A program made the translations under genes and the position numbers. DNA of 13,401 nt from a virus (lineage: Duplodnaviria; Heunggongvirae; Uroviricota; Caudoviricetes): the IMG/VR virus record IMGVR_UViG_2737471844_000004, positions 1 to 13,401 of that record; one strand, given 5' to 3'. Positions 1 to 5,539 of this stretch are shown in pieces. How positions within the stretch are numbered: position 1 is the stretch's first letter; every line of letters begins with the position of its first letter. Below the pieces are notes generated by a model. The model did not search any database and was not told the DNA's origin. It was given only the letters and a program-made list of their open reading frames with translations.

Positions 1-762
1 ATGTGTTGTAAAATCAGTCGAAGCCTAACAAGTGTGAATGACCTTTTAACCATGACGCAAGTGTTCAATGTTTACTGTGATGAGTCCTGCCATTTAGAAA
101 ATGATGGTCAAAAAGCAATGGTGCTCGGGGCTGTTTGGTGTCCTCTCAATAAGAGGTTTGGTATTGCTAATCGAATACGAGAGATAAAGCTCAAACATGG
201 CTTGGACCCACGTTTTGAAGTCAAATGGACTAAGGTTGGGGCTTCTAAAATTGAGTTTTATAAAGATTTGGTGGATTACTTCTTTGATGATGATGATCTT
301 CATTTCCGGGGATTGGTTATTCCTGACAAAACTCAGCTAAAGCATGATGATTTCGATCAAAGTCATGATGACTGGTACTATAAAATGTATTTTGTCATGT
401 TGAAAACTATTTTTGAGCCAGGAAGTCAATATAGAGTCTTTATTGATATAAAAGATACTCTTGGTCATGAGAAAATACTCAAGTTACATGATGTATTATG
501 TAACAATGCATATGATTTCTCTAGGAAAACAATTTCTAATATTAAGAGAATTAATTCTCATGAAGCTGAGCAATTGCAACTTGCTGATTTATTAATAGGT
601 GCCCTTAGTTATATGCATAGAGGTTTAAATGAAAGTAAGCCAAAACTTTTATTAATTAACAGGATCAGAGAAAGGAGCGGCTATAATCTAACCCAAAATA
701 CTTTGCTTCGAGAGTTAAAGTTTAATCTAATGATCTGGCAATCTAATGGGGGATGTCGATGA
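1..762 (+). CDS. DUF3800-like protein, function unknown
   Basis: Complete 253-aa ORF. 'NVYCDES' near the N-terminus and 'EQLQLADLLIGAL' near the C-terminus match the two hallmark motifs of Pfam DUF3800 as I recall them (YxDES ... QxAD). The ATG at nt 1 sits on the window edge. An internal ATG at nt 52 (MTQVFNVYCDES) gives the short N-terminus typical of the family, so the start is uncertain. About 30% G+C in a hand-counted 60-nt sample. Confidence 0.75.
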   Translation: MCCKISRSLTSVNDLLTMTQVFNVYCDESCHLENDGQKAMVLGAVWCPLNKRFGIANRIREIKLKHGLDPRFEVKWTKVGASKIEFYKDLVDYFFDDDDLHFRGLVIPDKTQLKHDDFDQSHDDWYYKMYFVMLKTIFEPGSQYRVFIDIKDTLGHEKILKLHDVLCNNAYDFSRKTISNIKRINSHEAEQLQLADLLIGALSYMHRGLNESKPKLLLINRIRERSGYNLTQNTLLRELKFNLMIWQSNGGCR

Positions 763-1244
763 GTCCGGTTTGGCTACCCGAGCAAATTTTATTAGAACAC
801 TATCAAGGTGAGTGGGAGGCCTACTTTGATAGTGTTTATCAAGCATTCCACCGCGATTTCGTTTTATCTAAACCAGTTTTTCGTGGCGTTCGATTAGGAT
901 TGAAACGTCATCCAGAATATGAAGGTAAATCAGCCACATTCTGGCATATGATTAGCACTGGAAATGTAGAAAGTGAGAGAGTGCCGGATATTCGGCGCTG
1001 CGAAAGAATTAGTTGGCCTAAGCCTGTTATAGATAATAGTACCGATACCTGTTTGAAAGTCTGGGCTGAGCCCAAAGGTAAAAATAGACGTATCCACATT
1101 TGGTTTGAGGATGAGGGATATCTGGTGGTTTTAGATGATAGAGGCGATTTTATGCTTCCATGGACAGCGTTTTATATTGAACATAACCATCAACGAAAGA
1201 AATACAATAAGAGATGGGAAAGACACAATCATAACGGTATTTGA
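753..1244 (+). CDS. Hypothetical protein, partner of the DUF3800-like gene; no family recognised
   Basis: 163-aa ORF overlapping the upstream stop. The ATG at 759 forms an ATGA overlap with the TGA at 760-762 and lies 5 nt after the SD-like GGGGGA (748-753), so 759 is the likelier start; the track start is 753. Distinctive motifs: FWHMISTG, RRCERISWPKPVI, LVVLDDRGDFMLPWTAFYIEHNHQRKKYNKRWE. AT-rich like its neighbour. Confidence 0.7.
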   Translation: MSMSPVWLPEQILLEHYQGEWEAYFDSVYQAFHRDFVLSKPVFRGVRLGLKRHPEYEGKSATFWHMISTGNVESERVPDIRRCERISWPKPVIDNSTDTCLKVWAEPKGKNRRIHIWFEDEGYLVVLDDRGDFMLPWTAFYIEHNHQRKKYNKRWERHNHNGI

Positions 1245-1253
1245 TAGTAGGCT

Positions 1254-1282
1254 GGCCGCGCCCTTCCTAGAAGGACGGGGCC
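1254..1282 (+). other. Imperfect GC-rich hairpin just after the two-gene operon (possible transcript-end or stability element)
   Basis: GGCCGCGCCCTTC-cta-GAAGGACGGGGCC: 11 paired positions, 2 mismatches, 3-nt loop, starting 10 nt after the TGA at 1242-1244. No T-run follows, so it is not a canonical intrinsic terminator. Confidence 0.3.
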
Positions 1283-1548
1283 GTAACTCCTTCTACACTT
1301 ACGCTAGAAGCTGGTAGATGAGATAGCCTAACTTTAAGTAAACCTGCCTTGCGAGTCAATTAACATTAGAAAGCGATTATGTAAATGTGGATGCTGACTT
1401 GGCGAAAAATCCTTATAAATCAATAGATAGTAGGTTTATTTTCAACTCATAGTTTTTGACTATTAATAGTATGTTATCTATCTAAAAAAAGTTTTCTGTA
1501 TTCATCGCAAAATCAATACTGCTTTAGCATTGTAGTTAGCCATCAGTT

Positions 1549-1574
1549 GCAAAAAGCCTTACCCGTAGGCTTAA
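1549..1574 (-). terminator. Weak intrinsic terminator closing the island's minus-strand transcription
   Basis: On the minus strand AAGCCT-acgggta-AGGCTT (6-bp stem; plus-strand arms 1554-1559 and 1567-1572) is followed by TTTTTG. It lies about 40 nt after the stop of the 59-aa ORF. The short stem makes it moderate at best. Confidence 0.4.
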
Positions 1575-1611
1575 CGTTTGGCTTGGCTGTAGTCTTACCG
1601 TAACGCTCCGC

Positions 1612-1791
1612 TCACCGTCGTGGCCTGTCCGGTTTCTTCCACTGATACGGCCTCACATCATCCTGCTGGTGGCGTTCCTGTTGCAGCACAACGGAAACAG
1701 GCGCTGAACACCTGTTAATTTTGCTTGCTGGTTGTTTGATTTCGGCAATGCTGCGGATCATCTCCAGCATATCGGCTTCGGTGATGGTCAT
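1612..1791 (-). CDS. Small hypothetical protein (59 aa), absent from the ORF track (below the 60-aa cutoff)
   Basis: Hand translation from the ATG at 1791: MTITEADMLEMIRSIAEIKQPASKINRCSAPVSVVLQQERHQQDDVRPYQWKKPDRPRR, stop TGA at 1614-1612. A strong SD, AAGGTG, lies 6 nt upstream of the ATG. Same strand as the island operons and followed by the hairpin at 1554-1572. Confidence 0.45.
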   Translation of the reverse strand: MTITEADMLEMIRSIAEIKQPASKINRCSAPVSVVLQQERHQQDDVRPYQWKKPDRPRR

Positions 1792-1798
1792 GATTTAC

Positions 1799-2082
1799 AC
1801 CTTAGGAAATCTTAGGGGGCTGGTTGACACTTTCCGGCTTAAGACCTTAACAAACCTTAACATCGCAGGTTGACACACTTGACACTTTTTCGCGAAAAAC
1901 CTTATCAAACCTTAGCATTTCTAAGCATGGCAACTTGACACTTTTCGCGATTTTTTTCGGCTTTTTGACGTGGTAAATCTGGCGCAAGGCCAGTAACGGC
2001 GGGGCTTACAGCGAGGTTGACACTTTTTCGCGTTCAGAGTGTAAAGTGTCAACCCGGCAAGCTGCTCAACTTGACACTTTTT
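1799..2082. repeat. Interleaved two-family repeat array; candidate packaging-specificity (cosB/pac-like) or other multi-site protein-binding region
   Basis: Family 1, TTGACAC(TTT): direct at 1824-1833, 1870-1877, 1879-1894, 1935-1949, 2017-2032, 2071-2082; inverted at 2043-2052 (AAAGTGTCAA). Three copies extend to TTGACACTTTT(T)CGCG. Family 2, ACCTTA(N), occurs in pairs phased 10 bp apart: 1799/1809 (second copy ATCTTAG), 1844/1854, 1899/1909. There is also a palindrome CTTAGcatttCTAAG at 1911-1925. The two families alternate along the 295-bp gap between the TerS-like gene and the 59-aa ORF. Confidence 0.85.
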
Positions 2083-2086
2083 GATG

Positions 2087-2614
2087 TCATTGATGGTCTG
2101 ATTTTTCCCATTCAGCTAGGGCGTTTAGCCCGGCTTCACTCCATGATTCCAGTTCATCGGCATAATCACCTGCAACATAGCAGAGTTCGCAACGCAGCAT
2201 ACTAATTGCCAGCCTGGCATTACCTCGCAAATTGTATTGTTCAAAGTAATGCTGCCCGTCGCAATCCTCAAGGCAGATAGCACCATCATCAAGAAATTGC
2301 ACTTCCCAGCCTAATTCCCCGGCTGCATCCAGCACACGCTGCTGTATGCCCTCGTCCGTTGCTGGCGCAGGAATTTTACCGTCTCTGGCCTTAACTGCTT
2401 TCCAGAACTCGCCCCACGTCATTTCCAGCGTTCTCTCTGGCCACATTTCAGAAACTGTGTCTTTTCCCTGTGCTGGTGGGCTGTTCCGCTGCTCTGTCGC
2501 TTCCACATCGATTTTTTTACCGGACATGACCACTTCGCCTTTCTCGATCCAGTCGTAAACTGTCTGGCGGCTTACGCCTTTGTGTTTGGCATATTCTGCC
2601 TTACTCATCAGCAT
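2087..2614 (-). CDS. Terminase-small-subunit-like HTH protein; candidate packaging-redirection (Rpp-like) factor
   Basis: 175-aa ORF. The N-terminus MSKAEYAKHKGVSRQTVYDWIEKGEV is a helix-turn-helix of the type at the N-terminus of lambda Nu1-like small terminases. No large terminase, portal or capsid gene follows. It is the last large gene of the operon and abuts the repeat array. An SD-like GGGTGAG precedes the ATG at 2614. Confidence 0.5.
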   Translation of the reverse strand: MLMSKAEYAKHKGVSRQTVYDWIEKGEVVMSGKKIDVEATEQRNSPPAQGKDTVSEMWPERTLEMTWGEFWKAVKARDGKIPAPATDEGIQQRVLDAAGELGWEVQFLDDGAICLEDCDGQHYFEQYNLRGNARLAISMLRCELCYVAGDYADELESWSEAGLNALAEWEKSDHQ

Positions 2615-2620
2615 TATGAC

Positions 2621-3292
2621 TCACCCTTCTTTTTCCAGTTGAGCCAGCCGCCCGGATATTTCTTCCAGTTTTTCCAGGGCTGGCTTGCAGGCCGCATCAA
2701 TAACGTCCCGGACCATTCCGGCAAGCTGTTCTTCTGCTGTCGGCGTTGTTACTTCCACGCCCGATGGTTTCCCGCCCTTATCCCAAACACCAAGCGGCAC
2801 GAGCGCAACGTGATCGATAAGAAATGGCGTACCCTCAATAAAAAAATTGTCCTCGCCCATTACATCAGGAACTTCTGCCCCACCTGAGGCACCACAAAAC
2901 ACAACCGACGGACTGGTGGATACCTCCCCTCGGGCTTTCTGGATGTAATCGATGATTTCCTGTCCGTAAATCCGGCATACGCCCCACACCTCGTCACCGC
3001 GAATATACGGCAACATGACGGTGCCAATAATGCGCGACCGTTCGCCCACGTCTTCAAGGGTTTTGCTTTCGGGATGGTCGATAATGACGGGTACTCCGGC
3101 GCAACGTTCCAGGAACTGCGGATTGAGATAAGTTTGCGGTGAACGCCAGACAAATTCTTTTTCTTCGGCGCGGTAGGCCATTCCGGTTCCTGTGATACGC
3201 AGGTTAACCAGCCACATGTTGGAAAACTGATAAGGCGACGGTAGCTGTCCGTCCCGAATCTGCTTCGCCGCCTCAATTTCTGTTAAAAGCAT
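2621..3292 (-). CDS. DUF2213/XkdF-like prohead protease or scaffold-like protein (morphogenesis-related candidate)
   Basis: 223-aa ORF. The pattern VPVIIDHP ... IIGTV ... GDEVWGVCRIY ... EVSTSPSVVF ... IDHVALVPLGVWDKGG resembles the DUF2213 layout as I recall it (H..., lS.GY, NH.ALV..GRAG). The C-terminus LEKLEEISGRLAQLEKEG looks coiled-coil. The family call is from recollection only. Confidence 0.45.
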   Translation of the reverse strand: MLLTEIEAAKQIRDGQLPSPYQFSNMWLVNLRITGTGMAYRAEEKEFVWRSPQTYLNPQFLERCAGVPVIIDHPESKTLEDVGERSRIIGTVMLPYIRGDEVWGVCRIYGQEIIDYIQKARGEVSTSPSVVFCGASGGAEVPDVMGEDNFFIEGTPFLIDHVALVPLGVWDKGGKPSGVEVTTPTAEEQLAGMVRDVIDAACKPALEKLEEISGRLAQLEKEG

Positions 3293-3316
3293 AATGTTAT
3301 CCGGTTATAAGCAATA

Positions 3317-3340
3317 AGCCCCGCCAAATCCGGCAGGGCT
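3317..3340 (-). promoter_or_regulatory. Intergenic hairpin between the 192-aa and 223-aa genes (possible attenuator or processing site)
   Basis: Plus strand AGCCCCGCC-aaatcc-GGCAGGGCT: 9-bp stem with one mismatch. On the minus strand it is followed by TTATTGCTTAT, only partly T-rich. Confidence 0.3.
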
Positions 3341-3356
3341 GAACTCAGCACGTTTT

Positions 3357-3935
3357 TCATGCCCCCGCGAGGCTTGCAACGTTAATTTTGACCAGGCGAC
3401 GGGGAGGGATTTTGAAGGCGTTCAGCCAGACGTTCGGATCTCCCTGATATTCAGTAATACGACGACCAGCTTCATCCATTCTTACGGTTTTACCCAAATG
3501 GCCCGGCGTGTTTTCCACGGCCCACTGAGCACTTTCCTGAGCAGCCTTGTAAATCTGATCTTCCAGCACCGCCAGCGTTGCAGAATCTGAAACGGAACGA
3601 ATATCCACATCACTGAATTTTTTAGCCAGCTTCTGTGCGCCAATTAATGCACGTTTGCGGTAATCCATCGACTTTTCACCAGCAAACGGGGCCGGAGCGC
3701 GACGGCCCATATTGCTGTATGCGGAATCCGCTTTAGCCTGGGCTTCTGCCAGTGAGGATTCATCTTCGACTGACGCGACGATGTTTTGATTAGCGTTATC
3801 CTCTTTTATGAAATCCTGTGCGGGGATCGCATTCAGAATTTCGATAATCTCCTGCGGAGTGCTTCCCTGCGACTCTGACAGAGCGTTAACCACCTCCATC
3901 AGTTTTAATCGCAAATCTTCTTTGCTTGCTGGCAT
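3357..3935 (-). CDS. Hypothetical protein (192 aa) of the morphogenesis/packaging operon
   Basis: The track ORF runs 3357-3944 from a GTG. The ATG at 3935 (MPASKEDLRLKLMEV...) has the SD GAGGTG 6-7 nt upstream and is preferred. The N-terminal half is acidic and helical-looking. No family recognised. Confidence 0.65.
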   Translation of the reverse strand: MPASKEDLRLKLMEVVNALSESQGSTPQEIIEILNAIPAQDFIKEDNANQNIVASVEDESSLAEAQAKADSAYSNMGRRAPAPFAGEKSMDYRKRALIGAQKLAKKFSDVDIRSVSDSATLAVLEDQIYKAAQESAQWAVENTPGHLGKTVRMDEAGRRITEYQGDPNVWLNAFKIPPRRLVKINVASLAGA

Positions 3936-3974
3936 TTTTACCACCTCTCTTTTTTCACCAAAAAATCACGACCA

Positions 3975-4148
3975 TCAGGCCGGACGTTCTACGGGATAAA
4001 GCGCCCGCTGCATTAAACGCCGGGCGACCTCATGAATGCTCGGAGCAATCCCCAGCGGAGAATTGCGGCGTTCCTCGTCCTGGATGCGCTGTAATGCTTC
4101 AATCTGATCACGAGCGAGTAAAACGGGTTTCACGCTGGCTTTTCTCAT
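3975..4148 (-). CDS. Small ribbon-helix-helix-like protein, first gene of the morphogenesis/packaging operon
   Basis: The track ORF is 3975-4172. The ATG at 4148 (MRKASVKPVLLARDQIEALQRIQDEE...SIHEVARRLMQRAL) lies 7 nt after AGGAGA; an alternative ATG is at 4154. The strand/helix/helix pattern suggests a CopG/Arc-type fold by eye. Confidence 0.5.
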   Translation of the reverse strand: MRKASVKPVLLARDQIEALQRIQDEERRNSPLGIAPSIHEVARRLMQRALYPVERPA

Positions 4149-4275
4149 AGTCATATCTCCTGAACAAAACAATGATTATGATTGCACAAACTGAAATGAC
4201 GATCTACATCATTGCAATTTATGAAACAATAACGCATGATGATCGCGTTCTTCCCATTGACTTCAATCACCTGCA

Positions 4276-4314
4276 AAAATAAAACCCGCAACACTTCTGG
4301 CTGCGGGTTTTTTA
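4276..4314. terminator. Bidirectional intrinsic terminator
   Basis: AAAAATAAA-ACCCGCA-acacttctggc-TGCGGGT-TTTTTT: 7-bp GC-rich stem (4284-4290 / 4302-4308), with an A-run upstream and a T-run downstream, so a U-tract follows on either strand. Confidence 0.7.
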
Positions 4315-4321
4315 CTGGCAC

Positions 4322-4345
4322 AAAAAAGCCGGGAAAAATCCCGGC
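4322..4345 (-). terminator. Intrinsic terminator right after the PerC-like gene
   Basis: Minus strand GCCGGGA-tttt-TCCCGGC followed by TTTTTT (plus-strand A-run 4322-4327). It begins 6 nt after the stop at 4351 and sits in tandem with the 4276-4314 terminator. Confidence 0.75.
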
Positions 4346-4350
4346 CTCCG

Positions 4351-4638
4351 TCACTGACTGCAATTTTTCGATCCAGGGTATTTCCTGAATGCCTTACCAT
4401 TGGGCTGATGTAATCCCATCCCGGCATGTGCCCGGCTGATGGTTTCGCGCATCTCCCCGAAATTATCCTGCCGTGCTGGTGGGCGTGCTGCCTTGCGGAT
4501 ACATTCCGCGCGACGTTTTGCCGCCTGTTCCCGTGCCTTGTCATCATTCGCCAGCATGATGACCTCAGCCCACCGCGCCGCCGCTCTCCGGTACAGACCA
4601 CGCGCTTCCAGTGCTTCCGCTTTGCTGTCGTGAATCAT
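4351..4638 (-). CDS. PerC-family-like transcriptional regulator
   Basis: 95-aa ORF. 'AEALEARGLYRRAAARWAEVI' matches the conserved LE..G.YRRAA.RW core I associate with PerC/Pch proteins. Its ATG (4638-4636) overlaps the upstream stop as ATGA. Confidence 0.6.
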   Translation of the reverse strand: MIHDSKAEALEARGLYRRAAARWAEVIMLANDDKAREQAAKRRAECIRKAARPPARQDNFGEMRETISRAHAGMGLHQPNGKAFRKYPGSKNCSQ

Positions 4639-5183
4639 GCGCCTGTTTTCTCCTTTGCTGCCCGGCGCTGACGTTTGCGCTTCTCATTCAGCGCCACCAG
4701 CCGCGTTTCTGCGTCCTGTTGTTCCTGTGGTGTCACCTCGCCGCACGGCTGGCCTTTCAGGTCGTAGCGTACCCCACCAGCCATTAAGGCGCGGTAATAG
4801 CGCGGACACTGCGCATAAGATGCCAGCGTCGCACGTAATGCCCCTGGCCCGAATGCCAGCCCCCTGACGGCGAGATCCTGCATCAGGTCGTCGAATATCC
4901 CCACCTTAAGCGGCTTCGGTGCTTCCCGGCTGAATAATTCAGGCCACAACTCAGTGAGGCGGTTAATGCGCCTGCGGTTTTTTCGCTGCCGTTTGGTCAT
5001 ATGCCGCCACGGTGTCGCCCCTGTGGGCTTCTGCTGCGCTTTCTGGTTACCGGGCATCACTTTATGCGCCGATGTGGTTTTATCCTGCTGCTGCTGCTGC
5101 TGCTGCTGCTGCGCCGCCTGCGTCGTTTTCTGCGGCGTGCCGTAAATGCCTTTCGGTTTTCTGTTAATAGTCAGCTTAGTCAT
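4635..5183 (-). CDS. ProQ/FinO-domain RNA-binding protein with an N-terminal poly-Q tract
   Basis: LTELWPELFSREAPKPLKVGIFDDLMQDL ... LRATLASYAQCPRYYRALMAGGVRYDLKGQPCGEV aligns by eye with E. coli ProQ ([22 protein letters not shown] ... [35 protein letters not shown]). The track ORF extends to 5231. The ATG at 5183 (MTKLTINRK) has GGGG 6 nt upstream and is preferred. Confidence 0.75.
   Translation of the reverse strand: MTKLTINRKPKGIYGTPQKTTQAAQQQQQQQQQDKTTSAHKVMPGNQKAQQKPTGATPWRHMTKRQRKNRRRINRLTELWPELFSREAPKPLKVGIFDDLMQDLAVRGLAFGPGALRATLASYAQCPRYYRALMAGGVRYDLKGQPCGEVTPQEQQDAETRLVALNEKRKRQRRAAKEKTGA
5085..5111. repeat. Perfect trinucleotide repeat (CTG)9 on the plus strand = (CAG)9 encoding Q9
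   Basis: Nine uninterrupted CTG units counted directly. In frame, giving QQQQQQQQQ in the ProQ/FinO-like protein. Confidence 0.95.
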
Positions 5184-5236
5184 GCTTTGCCCCATCGTTT
5201 TTACTGATTGTTTCATATCCGGTACTTTCATCTTCT

Positions 5237-5522
5237 GGGTAGAGGGGTAGACGGCGGGTAGATAACAAAAAATAGTCCTCTACCCACTTAACTTAATGAA
5301 AAAAAACAACTTTCACACATTAGGTAGAGGGGTAGACCGTAAAATAGAAAAGTTTGAAACTTACTTTCTTACAATCTGTGTTTTCCTCTCGCTGTATAAA
5401 AAGTTTTTTGAGCGGGGATGTTGTCTACCCCTCTACCCACTTCTCTGAAAGCCTTGTGCTACGAGGGATTCAGCGGGTAGACAATAAAAAATCACCATCT
5501 ACCCTGTGTCTACCCATCTACC
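5237..5522. repeat. Iteron-type replication origin (candidate ori) just downstream of the primase/helicase gene
   Basis: Core GGGTAGA(C): direct at 5237, 5245, 5256, 5323 (GGTAGA), 5330, 5475; inverted (G)TCTACCC at 5279, 5423, 5431, 5498, 5508, 5517. The 16-mer GGGTAGAGGGGTAGAC (5237-5252) has an exact reverse complement at 5423-5438, and its 15-mer recurs at 5323-5337. AT-rich blocks at 5286-5320 and 5338-5410 lie between the iteron clusters. Confidence 0.75.
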
Positions 5523-5539
5523 TGTTACGGGTATTACTC

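Noticed and set aside
94-303. 69-aa minus-strand ORF opposite the DUF3800-like gene
   Set aside because: It is an antisense frame in AT-rich DNA with an Ile/Phe/Lys-rich composition. The sense gene has family motifs.
1135-1317. 60-aa plus-strand ORF overlapping the 3' end of the partner gene
   Set aside because: It is an alternative frame of the 163-aa gene and extends through the GC hairpin. It has no independent support.
1799-2082. CRISPR-array reading of the repeat region
   Set aside because: The repeat units are 7-16 bp, irregularly spaced, of mixed orientation and from two interleaved families. There are no 28-37-bp repeats, no regular spacers and no cas genes.
2017-2205. 62-aa plus-strand ORF starting within the repeat array
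   Set aside because: It begins inside the repeats and runs antisense into the TerS-like gene. It has no SD and is not protein-like.
2860-3276. 138-aa minus-strand ORF overlapping the DUF2213-like gene in another frame
   Set aside because: It is an alternative frame of a better-supported gene. The composition is Arg/Pro/Ser-rich, and there is no independent start signal.
4151-4363. 70-aa minus-strand ORF spanning the intergenic region
   Set aside because: It crosses both intrinsic terminators and the promoter region. More likely a chance open frame in regulatory DNA.
4263-4671. ORFs 4263-4601 (-), 4426-4671 (+) and 4439-4633 (+) overlapping the PerC-like gene
   Set aside because: These are alternative or antisense frames of a GC-rich gene. 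The sequences are Arg/Ala/Cys-rich and not protein-like. One would run through the terminator hairpin.
4954-5207. Plus-strand ORFs with poly-Cys or poly-Leu runs
   Set aside because: These are other readings of the (CTG)9 tract, antisense to the ProQ/FinO-like gene, which has strong homology support.
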